Assembly: GCA_051362555.1 (NCBI GenBank)
Contig: CM120645.1
Span: 18,600,001 to 18,664,000 of the forward strand
Origin: Lingula anatina
Taxonomy: Eukaryota > Animalia > Brachiopoda
Direction: 5' to 3'
Length of the DNA: 64,000 bases
Under the pieces are notes generated by a model. It was not told the origin of the DNA. It was given only the letters and a program-made list of their open reading frames with translations, and made no database searches. The translations under genes and the position numbers were made by a program. Below, one piece after another: positions 36,701-50,347 of the stretch. How positions within the stretch are numbered: the first letter of the stretch is position 1; every line of letters begins with the position of its first letter.

Positions 36701-39513
36701 AGCCCAACATTGCATATGGTCTCCGTTTTTTTGTATTTCATACGGTTTTCGTGTTATGCTGTATTAAAAAGTACATTGTGGTGGCACATTATTGTAACTC
36801 AGAATTGTAACATTATATCTCCAAAACTGGGAGAGATAGGTCAATAGTTACTATTAAAGTTGAATAGGATGTCACATACTGGCAATTTAACAGTGACCAT
36901 AAAATTGACCTTTGACCTACTTTTCATCATGAATTGAACTTTGCAAATTTTCGTTCCCTTTTATCTCCAAAACTGGCAGAGATAGGTTCATAGTTACTAT
37001 TGAACTTGAATAGGAAGTCATATACTGGCAATTTACTGTGACCTTAAATTTGACATTTGACCTACTTTTTACCATGAACTGAACTTTGCAAATTTTTGTT
37101 CCCTTTTATCTCCAAAACTGGCAAAGATACGCCCATAGTTACTATTGAATTTGAATAGAAAGTCATTAGAGGCAATTTACTGTGACCTTTAAATTGACCT
37201 TTGACCTACTTTTCACCATGAACTGAACTTTGCAAATTTTCATTCCCTTTTATCTCCAAAACTGGCAGAGATAGGTCCATAGTTACTATTGAACTTGAAT
37301 AGGAAGTCATATACTGGCAATCTAAGTGTGACCTTGAGATTGACCTTTGACCTACTTTTCATCATGAATTGAACTTTGCAAATTTTCTTTCCGTTTTATC
37401 ATCAAAACTGGCAGATATAGGTCCATAGTTACTATTGAACTTAAGTAGTAAGTCATATACTGGCAATTTACTGTGACCTTAAAATAGACCTTTGACCATC
37501 TTTTTACTATGAACTGAACTTTGCAAATTTTCTTTCTCCTTTATCTCCAAAACTGACAGAAATAGGTCCATAGTTACTATTGAACTTGAATAGGAAGTAA
37601 TACACTAGCAATCTGTGACCTTGAAATTGACCTTTGACCTACTTTTTATGATGAACTGCTTTTTGCATGTTTTCAGGCCTTTAAATCTGCAAAATTGGCA
37701 AAGAAATACCCATGGTTGCTATTGAACTTGAATAGAAATTCATATACTATGATATTGAAATTGACCTTTGACCTACTTTTTCACCATGAACTGAGCTTTG
37801 CATATTTTCTTGCCTCTCATATCTTTAAAACTAGCAGAGATGTGCCCCTTGTTGCCCCTAGGTTTTCTCTTTTGTCAGCATATATGCACCATTGACAACA
37901 CTTTTCAAGGAAAACCAATAGGCCTTTTGTCTAGAGAATACAGGAGTGATCAAGGGTAGGAAAATGCAAGTCAATTCGAAAATCTGCTTGATTATACCAT
38001 TTTTAGTTATATTTTTTTGCATATTTTGAGAACTCTTATTGATTGCATCTTATAGAGCTTGTCAAGCACAAGACTGGTGATGGTGTCCCTTTTTGGAGGG
38101 GTGGGGGGGGTCTAAACGAATGCGCTTACTCCAGCTGGTGGTACAATATCCGGAGGCGGTATCGCCTCTCTGATCCTCTAGTTTATGAAGTCTTCATGTT
38201 CTGCCGTTCTGTTTGGCATTTTCTTATTAGATGCTGTGTTTAAACCTCTGAAAAAACTGAAATACTAATTGCAAAATGAAATGCACTCGAGAATTCATTA
38301 CTATATTTTCTTTGCAAAACTGTTAGCAGTAATTCTAGTTAGGAACCAATAATCTTTTGTTAAAACTCATGTCAGAAAAAGCAACACTCACCCTTTTACA
38401 GCCTCTTCACAGACGTTTGTTTTCATCATAAATCTACAGGCTAGTTTGCATTACTAAGATATTTTTTAAAACTCATTTATTCATCATTTATGTTCACAGA
38501 TATCCATAGCTCATGGTCTGGACAACAACACCTACGCAGAACCCATCCAGAGGCTGTCTGACCTTGAGTGGCTGACCTACAAACAGGCTAATACCTCTCC
38601 AGTGGACGATCTGTTCTCTGGTCAGCTTGTGGAGGCCCAACACTGTGTGGAATGTAACCACATCTCAGTGAATATTCAGCCCTTTAACATCCTCCCAGTG
38701 CCCCTGGTGGCTCCCAGGGAACTCACAGGGTTGGTCTATCTGGAGGACTGTTTTACCAAGTTTGGTAATGTAGAAAAGCTTTACGGTGTGAATGGACTGA
38801 GGTGTCCTTGTACTCATACTGTACGAGAAGCTGAGAAGACTAAGCCATTGAATTTGGTCTCCCATATTCAGCAGAGGAATGTTGATCATGATTTGCGTAG
38901 GAGGGTGATCTCTGATTCTGTGCTCAGGTCTCCATTGAACACTTCTAGTCTTGTGACACCCATACGAGGAAGAGAGGGTAGTATAAACCCCTTGTCAGAC
39001 AGTGGATTTCATGATAATAACCACTTAAAGACGTCCACTCCCATTGGAGACAATGTATTCAATTTTGACCTTAACCGAGATCGAGTGAGACTAACTGATG
39101 GTCAAAGACGATCATTACTACGTCAGTTGCCAGAGTGCTTGGTGATCCAGATATTAAGGTTCAGATTTGACTCTGAGGTCCAGGATGCTTGTAAGGACTC
39201 CTCACCTTTAAGTGTTCCTCTCTCAGGATTGGACTTAACACATATTATATTTGACACAGTGGCTAACAGGGAAGACTTGACCAGTGGAGATTTAGGCTAT
39301 CGCTATGACCTTTATGGAATGTGCCTCCATGTTGGGGGTCAAAACACAAACTATGGCCACTATGTGGCCTATGCTCAGGCCTCTGATGGTCTCTGGTATA
39401 AGTTTGATGACGAGAGTGTCAGTCAGATCAGCATTGACTATGAACTGACCACAAAGTTTGTGCGAGAGAATGCTTATATCTTGTTTTACAGAAGAAATGT
39501 GACTGGGCAGTGA
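33128..39513 (+). CDS. Ubiquitin-specific protease (USP, peptidase C19) with N-terminal transmembrane segments, ~797 aa
   Basis: Exons 33128-33237, 33764-34743, 35137-35313, 35848-35960, 38500-39513 (2394 nt, phases consistent). Cys box GLRNDSKSICFMNAVLQCL, QQDTAEFL, His box HVGGQNTNYGHYVAY, WYKFDDESV, AYILFY. Confidence 0.9.
33656..33700. repeat. (CA)n microsatellite
   Basis: Direct reading. Confidence 0.95.
36007..38181 (+). mobile_element. Helentron-associated non-autonomous element (HINE/DINE-like), copy 1, with ~7 units of a 146-bp repeat
   Basis: 5' hairpin GTACCACCAGCG...CGCTGGCGGTAC, (CCGGCTCCG)n microsatellite, central 146-bp array (~36815-37840), 3' subterminal GCTGGTGGTAC, hairpin GAGGCGGTATCGCCTC, CTAG end in T-rich flanks. 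Confidence 0.8.
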
Positions 39514-41744
39514 AATTGAGTGTGTTACCTTCTGTAGGACTTATATTTTCTTTCAATAAGCTTTTTTTTTCCAAACAAGAAATTGTTAAAGAAATATTGT
39601 CTTCACTGTTACTTATCTTTGTCATTGTTTAATTTTCATTACAAAATTTAACTTTAACATTGAATTTGTTATATTGTGACGTCTGAATGAAATGATTTTA
39701 CTTTTCATTAAGATTGAAAATTTTTTGTCTACAGAATTAATGCAAGATAAATGATGCCAAAATTATGTGAATGAAACTGCCCATTTACATTTATTGCTAT
39801 GTATATAGTCTGGCCCAAGGTTATTGTCACAATGTATTATGAATTCGCTTTTTTGATGTATATAAAACTGGTTTAAAGTCATCTTCAAAGGCAGCATGAC
39901 ATTACTCAGTCATCTTTATATTGATTCTTCACATTCTACCCATTTGTACATTTCCTAGTCCATTGTTATCATTCAGTCCACGTGATGTCATTGTATTATA
40001 TAGTAATACACATAGTCAAAGAGATTAATTGAGTACGGATCTTTTTAAAGAATGTTGATATATGGGGCACATTTTATAATTTACATTTGAAAACCACAGT
40101 TCAGTATTGAAGAAAGCATCAATATTGCCTTTATCCTAAAGTTACTTGCTTGGTTATTTAAGGTGAAAAACTTCCAGATTGATCTGGATATTTGGTTGTT
40201 GTATTTATACCAGTCCCCAACCTTAATTAGAGCTATGTGTCTATGGAGCTTAGATTTTTTTAAAGGTCCTCTTTCTTCTCTGAATGGCCCAAGTGTGTTG
40301 CAAGTTGGCTCTTGGTTGCAGTTATTGTCACATCCCATGAACATTAACCTAGCACAACGCATTAAAAACCTGCAGCTTTCTTCTTGACTTTGATATATCA
40401 AATAAATTTCAGAGGAGTGAGAGCCAATAATTGGTGTGAAATGCACCTGTGCAACAAGTTTTAATTGTGTCATACATTTTTCACTTCATATTCAGTGTCA
40501 ACTGTGCTCTATTATATTCATGTGGAATGTATCCGGGTGTATTTTCCTAAATCTATTTTTGAATACACAGTTTTTTATACAACTAAATTATAAAGTTTTA
40601 ACACTTTTGGCATGTTTCTGTTAATTTGATGAATGGAAACTGTCGCCAAGCATTTGTTTAAAGAAGTCAAATGTGATGAAAGTGTGTAGTCAGATAAACT
40701 GAAAGATGAGTTAAGAAATACAAACTGTATTTGGGAATTATGGAAAAAATGTTAAAGTGCATATTTTTTTGTTATCCCAAGTTGCTAAAATTTTGTTTTG
40801 GATATGAAGTTGGGTTTTGGGGGTGAGGACTTTGAAAGTGGGCTTTGTTGACTGCATTGTAAAAGTAAGAATTATTTATTTGTGTCGTCATTTTTACAAG
40901 AATGTTTGCTTGTCATTTCCTGTAACATGGAAATTTTATCTCTTAAAGCCATATCCAAATCCAATAATGTCCATTAGACGATACCTCTACCAGTACCATT
41001 ACATATATAATTATAGACTAAAGCAGACTCATGAAATGCAGAAGTTGTTTTTTTTTTCAGATCTTAGATTAGTGCCACTTCTTTGAAGTCCTCAAAATAA
41101 TATATTGACAGAAAGAAAGTCTGCATTTTTTTTTAAATTAAATAATTCAATACCAGAATACCACTGTTTCTCCAAGAAAACAGCTGCAACTTTACAGTCA
41201 TCTGACCTTGATGTCATCAGATGGATATATGTGCTTTTCTGTTATTTACATATTAAAAGCTTTAATGGCATTACTTAATCATGGCGATGTGCAACAAAGC
41301 AGTAAGAAAGTACCTGTATTGTGGACAATTTTGTGCAGTAGTTTATAAGAATAGAAATTGTAAATAAATACTTTTACAAGCTCAGACATTTTACAGGAAG
41401 TGTGAAGAAATAAAAAAACATTACCATTAGTTGACAACGTCTATTTTAATAACAAAGTAGATATTATGTTCATATTCACATTCACTGATACTAGAGGTAG
41501 ATCAGCGAGATGGGTGATGAGTAAACTTGACCTATATTTAAGGTAGTACTTCGCGGACACTTTTCATTGGTTTGCATAAGGATCCTTCCGCCTTTACCCA
41601 TTTAATGATAATTGCTGAACTAGTTTACGTAGATTTGACAAAAAATAGTACAGTTCTATTAGATGATATATCTTTAAGGTGATCTATCGTGGATTTGTAG
41701 TAAAATTTATTTTCTTTGGAACTATTTCATAGCGCATACAAGTG

Positions 41745-41760
41745 TTCCGGAAGCAGGAAG
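41745..41760 (+). promoter_or_regulatory. ETS-type motifs (CCGGAAG, CAGGAAG) in the EDEM1 proximal promoter/5' region
   Basis: TTCCGGAAGCAGGAAG about 60 bp upstream of the EDEM1 ATG. Confidence 0.35.
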
Positions 41761-41813
41761 CAGCACTGCCACCATAACTAGGTCAGTGTAATGGAAATAT
41801 AGGTAAAACAGTA

Positions 41814-43590
41814 ATGGATGGGCGAAAAGACTCGGCGGCATGTCTCTTGTTAGTTTTTATGTTTTTATGTTACTCAAACAGCATACCAAACTCAAGAAAG
41901 TTTTGGGAATTCCCGAGGGATCGCTATAGCTACTTTTCTGAGAAAGAAAGACTGGAGATGCGAGACAAGGCTAAACAGATGTTCTATTTTGGCTACGATA
42001 ACTACATGAAATACGCGTTCCCAGAGGATGAGTTAAATCCTGTGTTTTGTACGGGACGCGGTCCTGATCACGACAATCCGTGAGTATTTAACATTCATTT
42101 AAATGTTATACATTTATTATTGTACACCAAGTTTCACTGTATGCCTGGATATATTTATTTTGCATTCATCTTCCCGATCACCAAATAACAGTACGTGTGT
42201 AGCTTCCATCACTAGTATACGATTTAATATTTTCTGTTTGTGCTAGCTTGTAAAACATCGAGTAATATGTTTATGACAATATCCCAGTGAATTATTGATG
42301 TGGTGTGAAGTTAGTTCCTTTTTTATTTACATTTTACCCTTGAAAAAAAGAAATGACATTATTTTGATCTCATAAACGCAGATAAAACTTTTGTCAAAAT
42401 TGAGAATATCTTAAGAAATTTTTATCTTGATTGCAGATAATTAGAAATATTCTTGGAAATTTTGGAAATATTTCATTTCTCATACATCTAGATACACTTT
42501 TAAGGTATTTGTTTTATATATGTGATAGGATACAGCAAAAACATTTCTTCTTTTTTTTTTTCAGTTCTAACATCAATATTAACGACATATTGGGAGACTT
42601 CTCTCTTACACTTATTGATGCACTGGATACTCTGGCAGTAAGTGAAATCATAGATAACTTACCTCTGGCACTCTTTGTAATATAAGCTGCCTTAAAGATA
42701 AATTTATCTTGCATTTAATTAATGTAATTACTACTTGTAACTGAATCAAGTTGATTTGTTACATTTCTATACCATTTCACAAAGTAGATTATATGGTTCA
42801 AAAGTCCTGGGTTTGTTATACACCAAGTCTATCTAAGGGCTAGAAGTTTTAACCTTAAAAGTCTTACATGCTTATTTGTGCGCAATCTTATCAATAAATA
42901 AAACTCAATTGTAAAGAAGTTATATTGTTTGCTGATGACTTGTGACATGCAATTATTTAAGTAGTCAATTACAAGATATCTAATTTCAAACTTTTGTAAA
43001 GACATGTAAATTACTATCTCTCCTGTAATGGTTTTCTCTCAAAAACTGTTTGTGTATGCCATAGTATGTTATACTATTTTAGGTAATGGGCAATTCCTCA
43101 GAGTTCAAAAGAGCAGTGCAGTTGTTGGTAGACAATGTGTCCTTCGAGAAAAATACCACAGTGCAGGTGTTTGAGGCGACAATAAGGTAACAAGAATGGT
43201 GATAAGATAGTATAAAGATCTTTTGTTTTGACTTTCTCTAATACAGCATTTTCATTAAGCTTTATGCAAAAGTTAAATGGTGTCATCTTTGAGTGCATCT
43301 CGTTAAAATTAAACAAAAGGCAGAGCCGATTAAAATAAAGCAGATTCAAGGTTTACATATAAAATGGAAACTGAAGCATCTTGTTTGAATTTCTTTGCTG
43401 GGTGCCCTCATAACTGTGAGCTCATCTGGCATCTCATCCTGAATTATTTAGTGAGAACTCCTTTTGTTAAGGATGTTCAGTATGTTGATGACTTCTCAAT
43501 ATATGATAATGTTCTGTCTCTTGCAGATAGGATGTAACATTTTAAGAAAATATTTGATTGTAACACTCCTTTAATTACTGCCTCCCCCCC

Positions 43591-43655
<65 letters not shown>

Positions 43656-46600
43656 TGTAACCCAGGAATTCAGCCATTATCATGACTTTCAGAAATGGGG
43701 AAAGGACTTCTTGAGTGGATTGCAATCAAGTGGTCTGTTCCTGAAATTAAGATCTTAAACATTTATTTAAAATGAAGTGAAACTTGGTTTAAAGTTTATG
43801 GCACTGCATTTTATATACTTTGGCTTTCTTCATCCACTCATATAAAGTCAAGTGTTTATAATTAAATTAAGCCAAAATTTTCAAAAATATTCTGGAGACC
43901 GTACTTGGGTGCAATGCTTTGGGGTGAAAAGGGCCAGAAGAATATGAAAAATACATTTTTATGCAGTATTTTTACCCTTATTTATTATCTCCTCTGCTTT
44001 TCAAAGAATTGGTGATAATAAATTAGATAATTGAACAAACATGCAATCTTTAATTCAATTTGCAAAGGTGTTTTTATTTGGTTAACATTTGTTATAAGGT
44101 TTTTACTTACTCTGCACTTGACATTTATAATGATCAGTTTTAAAATCATTTTGCAGTTGAAATATGGAATGACAGTTTCTTTTTTCAGCGAGAATTTGTA
44201 AATTATGCACCATTGGCAAAAGTTAACAATTTTGCGCTAGGAATTTACCATAGATATGTATTAAAACTTGTTTTCTTTGCAGGGTGATCGGAGGTCTTCT
44301 ATCAGCCCATCTAATTATCACTGATGTAGAGCAGCCTTACGGTGACATGCGCATTCCGGACTATGACAATGAACTGTTGAGTTTAGCACATAATTTAGCT
44401 GCCAGGTTACTACCAGCCTTTGAAGGGACAGCCACAGGGATCCCATATCCCAGGGTAAGGTTGGGGGGTTAAGGTCGCAGGTCAGGGTTGACCTATTCCA
44501 GCAGGCCACTTGATTACATTCAGCTGGTCATAAACAGCCAAATGAACCACTTGTTTGTCCTGTTAGTTGCTGTCATTGTAAGTTCAGGGAGTGAGCTCAT
44601 AGTAGCCAGACATCTGCTGGGATGCAGTGAAGAAAGTTAATTTAGGTTGGTCAAGCTTGCTAGGAGTATGGAGGCATAAGGCAGTTCTGGAGTGAGCTCA
44701 TAGTAGCCAGACATCTGCTGGGATGCAGTGAAGAGAGTTAATTTAGGTTGGTCAAGCTTGCTAATAGTATGGAGGCATAAGGCAGTTAAAGGGATAATAA
44801 CTCTTCGTATGAGATCTATATTTCACAATAAAAACATTGTGAATAACTCATAGAAATATAATATATTCTGTGCAGTTATAGCTATTATTCTGATATCTGA
44901 GCTTGTCTTCAGACCACGTGACCTCCATTGATGGCTATACTCTGTTATAATCTCTTAAGAGATTTTAACAAAAAACCAAACTTTTTAGAAAAAATCCAGG
45001 GACTAACTTTGAATGTAAAAATGGATTCATTAACCATTGGTAAGTATGGGAAAATTGTTGTTTACTCCAGGAAAATTCATTTTTTGGCCGAAACGAAGAG
45101 TTATTATCTCTTTAAGGCATAAGTAAGATGCTTTCCAGCTGTCAACCTACACCTAAGACTCTGTGCTCTTTTGTGACGATTTTCAAATTTATAATGATAT
45201 GGTTCCTTTCAATGTTTCTGTGCAATAGACAAAATGTTTCCCCACTGTATAATGCTCGATGTTTCCCTAACTCATTACATGTCTAGTGTTTGAAGGACTT
45301 ATATTATTTGCATGTTGTATGATAAAAGAGGCGGCAGTGACAGATATAATTGGTTTAGTTATATTTCTATATCCAATAATGAGAGCTGGCTTGAGGATAG
45401 ATATAGCATGACAGGCAACTCAGATAGATTCATTTAAGTTAATGATGAAGTTCACTATTTAATAACTATCCATTCAGTCACTTATTACATGAAATAAGGC
45501 ACCTAGGAGAAAAATGAGTTTGCATAAGTTGTGTATACATACTTGTAATTTGGTTTGAATAAAGACAGTGCATGTTTGGTACAACATTCCTTGTTGCAGT
45601 GAAATATTTTCCTGGTAAGATGATTTTAAGTATGATAAAAAATTTAGGGACTTTGGTACATGATACTTATTGTAAAATTTTGGCATATAACTAATCACAT
45701 TGGCCAAAGCTAAAACATTGTTTTGCCTTTAAATGTGGGGAATGAAAAGCCATTGAGTATCATATTAACACTTGTATTAATACAACCTATATATATATAT
45801 GTCCATTCCAGGTGAACCTGAAGACAGGTGTCCCTGTGGCCTGCAGTAATGAGACATGCACTGCGGGGGCAGGTACCCTGCTGGTGGAGTTTGGAGTTCT
45901 TAGTATCTTATTAGAAGACCCTACTTATGAAGCTGCTGCACGCAGGGCGCTGAAAGCAATCTGGGGGTTCAGGTCTAATGTTACTGGTTTATTGGGTGAG
46001 GTTTTTGTTAGTTTTGCTCAGTAAATTAATAATTGGACTAAATGGATTATGATTAAAATTTGTTGTAAAGAAGTTTTTATATTATCTTTGAATAGCAAGT
46101 GGGAATGAACAAGGATAAGGATTTTTTCCACCATTTTGTGCACATCTAATCAAAGATGTAAAGATGGGTCCTGGCTTAATTTCATCACCTTTTTTGCTTT
46201 TGGTATTTAAGTTTTGCTTTTTGAAACTGTGGTGGCATTTGGTCAGGTCAGGTGGCAAGGATTTGACATGTGAACTTAAGTGAAATATATCTTAAGATAA
46301 TTTTGTTTCAATTTTGCATTCTTTGGAACAATTTTTGGTTTTTCTCCATACCTGTGGAATTAATGTTGTATTCACCATTTCTATCTACAAAAGAGCAAGA
46401 TTCTCCAGGTTCTCTCACTTCTCCACTCCCCGTTCCTCTGCCCCCCCCCCCCTCCCCACTATTCCACCCCATACCCTTCATGTCTTCCTATGTAACCTGT
46501 ATATATATGTATGTGAAACTTTGACAATAAGTATTTCCTGTCAACTTTCAGGTAATGTAATCAACATCCAGACTGGACAGTGGCCAGGCTACATGAGTGG

Positions 46601-49600
46601 CGTGGGGGCAGGACTTGACTCTTTCTTTGAATATTTACTCAAAGTAAGACGTTCATTCTGTTTGTCAAAATCTGTAAATTAGTCATTTTATCAAATATGT
46701 ATCCAGATAGAGGTATCAGGTCTTTGTATATGCTTCTTATTATTTTTTTTACACATTTTGCTTTTCAAGTTTGATTCTGTTTCTTATTTTGTTGTTATAA
46801 AGTTTACAATGAGCATTAGAAACTTTCTAGCTATTGTAAACATTAATATTAAATGTTGCATTTTTTATTAATTTAAAATTCAATCTAAAATTTCACAGGA
46901 ATTATATTATTATATCTGTCATTATTTAAGTTTAAGTGTAAAGTTGAAGTCATTAAATTTTGTTATCATGATAGCCAGAGTTTCCAAGCCAATTGGGGCC
47001 CCAACTTCTCCATTTTCAAATTTTCATACATGCCTGCTTGTCACATGTGAACTTAAGAAGTGATTCATGGAAGTTTACTATGGAAATAACAAATGTAACA
47101 TTTATTAGCTATATCACATGACCTTTTACAACACTACAAAAATCTGGATATTAATTAGTCAGTAAATGTGGTTTTGTGATTGGTGAGAGTCAGTCAAACT
47201 TGCCACTGAAGTAAGTGTGCGGATGAGTGAAGGTGTGGAGGAGTGAAGAGCCTGCTACACATTTCACCTTTACTTGAGAGTATACCACAGTCCACAATAT
47301 AATTGGCTTTGCATTATTTTTTAGGCCTTTATTCTGTTTGGAGATGAAAATGCTCAGATGATGTTTAATGAATCTTATGAAAGCATCAAGTACCATATCA
47401 GGAGAGGGTAAGGATATAAAGAAACATTTATCTACTGAAATTTTGTTCAGTGAAATCTTTATTTCAATTAAAGTTTGTGTGATGCCTCATCTCAAAACAA
47501 TCCCCTTTTGGCCTGAGAGATGCAAGTCCCAAGTTGACAATGAGTAGGCATCAGTTAGATGACTTCATGTTATAGTGAGACTTTTTTTGAACATAAATGT
47601 ATGTTAGCAATTTGAAGTAACTTGTAAGCATTTTAATTCTAGAGTTTTTCCAAGATTGCTTGTTGCTAATGGTAGTTTTGCAGTTGAAAGTGGGTTGAAA
47701 TATTAAGACACGTCCTGGATTTGTTTCACTTTTCTGTTCAGTTTTATATTTATTTACTTAGAGATGCATTTGAAGTCAATTTTTAGCCACAAAAGCTGAT
47801 CAAATGCCACCATTTAGTTTCAAATTGTATAAAAAATGCCAAAAGACAGTATCGTAACAAAACCCAGAAAATGATATTTGAAGGGATATTTCTGCTTGCT
47901 TTCTGTGCTGTACATAAAGGGGGAAGATAAGTAGGTCAGATAAGTTAACTAAATTTTTGAAGAAGGTGAAGTTTAAAGCTCTTTTATGGCTACTAATTGA
48001 TTAATTTGGTTGACTTTACTGGAGTCGTATGAGAAACTAGTAACAGTGGTTTAAATGCTTTACTGAGAATCCATGCTCCACTGACATTTGGTTCAAATGA
48101 ACCTTTAATATTCAATTTATTAAACCTTTGAACCCTACGGCTTTGAACCTGTATAAAAAATGCCAAAAGACAGTATCGTAACAAAACCCAGAAAATGATA
48201 TTTGAAGGGATATTTCTGCTTGCTTTCTGTGCTGTACATAAAGGGGGAAGATAAGTAGGTCTGATAAGTTAACTAAATTTTTGAAGAAGGTGAAGTTTAA
48301 AGCTCTTTTATGGCTACTAATTGATTAATTTGGTTGACTTTACTGGAGTCGTATGAGAAACTAGTAACAGTGGTTTAAATGCTTTACTGAGAATCCATGC
48401 TCCACTGACATTTGGTTCAAATGAACCTTTAATATTCAATTTATTAAACCTTTGAACCCTACGGCTCATCAGAATATAAAACAGTGACAATATAAAGTGA
48501 TTTCTAATCAACTACCACAGAGTTGGAAATAACCGCCCGTCCCAACGTCCTTGACGGTCTAATTTCATGGAGGACGGGTAAAATTAATTTGGAGACCGTC
48601 CTGTGGTCGGGCCGCACTTTGAAGTCGTCAGTAGATCTGAGCGTGAAACATCGCGTCTTTCTTGATTTTTAGATTCACACATTTACTTATATATAAGTGT
48701 TTACAATATAAATCACATGAGCATTCTGAATATAGGAAAATAGGTCAATGATTCGTCATTACATCGAGTACTTCCGACTTTTACCGCGGGAAAATTTCAC
48801 TGCGATAAACCAATAAGTCACGTGAACATTCCAAATATAGGAATATAGGTCAGTGATATGTCATTAAATGACTTACTCTCGACTTTTGTCGCGGGAAGAT
48901 TCGCAGCAATAAGCCAATCAAATGCAAGGTAACATCGGTAATATGATAAAGAAGACAATATGGTGAGCTAATGTAGCGTAAATTCACGATGCCTTAAATT
49001 TTTGCATCCTTTAACGAAGGGTCCATTTTTATACCGGTTAAATTTCTTCCTTGACAAAAGCGGGCCATAAACGGGTATAAACGGATATAAAATTTGACGG
49101 TTTTCGTTACATATCAGCCAACTAAACTCTGCTTTCCAACTTGGAACAATCGTCCGCTGCCTCTTATTTTGGTCGTAGTCTTTACGGACCTCCGTCGCTG
49201 GTCGCTTTTCATGATTTTTTTCAGGAAGGCCAAGAAACTTTCGTTGCATGTCGGACGTAGAAATTTCAAATGTACGCTACATTAGTTTGCCACATTGTCT
49301 TCTTTATCATATTACCAATGTCACCACGCATTTGTAACCCATTTAAGTCAGGTAAAATATGCAGTAAATTTATTGGAGAAAGATTTTTATTAAATACTGA
49401 AAAAAATTTTTGTATAGTACTAGTTAAAATGCCTTATGATGAAGGAAATCCAAACGTATGCTTTTTTTCACACTTGCTGATACAGCAGAGTGTGAACGTG
49501 GGTTTTCCCAGTTGAAAATAATCAAGAATCGATATAAAAACAAGTTGAAAGCATAATCTATGATTCTGCTAATGTCAATCCAGCAACATTCAAGCACAAT

Positions 49601-50310
49601 TCAAGAACTTGTCCCCAAACCAGCAATAACTCAGTGGAGCACTGGGGCAAGAAGGCCAACTTTCATGGAAAGATGCAAGCCCAAATCTGCTGTTGACCAC
49701 TTTGAGGAGATTATTGTTGATGTGGAGCAGGGTAAAAGGGAGGGCACCAGCGTTCAGGTGCCAAGTGAGCAACCATCAAAATCTATTGACTCGGGCTACG
49801 AGTCGGATTTTCAGATATGGAAGAGAGGGATGATAATGACTACAGTGAATCAGGTGGAGATGATTAAAGGAATTCATTTAGCAAAAATCTCATGAGTAAA
49901 TGCAGTTTTTTTTTCAATTAACATTTTGAAGATTCAAACAGAATGACTTGATCTTTGGTCAAGTGAGGTTTTCATATATCAGGACAGGCACTGTGACTTG
50001 CAGTTGACATTCATCAATTTTATTCACCAAACTGATACTGTTTTACTTGCAAGCTGCTACTGCTTACCATGCCAATGATTTGATAGTTCAGTTTTGAATT
50101 TTAATGCTCCTTTCATGAAAATTTGCAGTGATGTAGATACTTCAGTTAAATTAAAATACTTGTTCTTCAGTACTGACTGTATTGACTGTGGTGCATTTTG
50201 TTTCTGTCAAATGGTTTTGCTATAATTTTGTATTAATAGATATTTGGCATGGTGCATATATATATTTATTATTTTATTTTATTTATTTATTTTATTATTA
50301 TTATTATTAT

Positions 50311-50347
<37 letters not shown>

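Noticed and set aside
41450-41813. ERSE/UPRE elements upstream of EDEM1
   Set aside because: No exact CCAAT-N9-CCACG or TGACGTGG match was found by eye.
27197-48517. Segment inverted or mobilised as a composite between the two hAT copies
   Set aside because: Each copy keeps its own matching TSD pair, and the EDEM1 exons remain collinear across copy 2.
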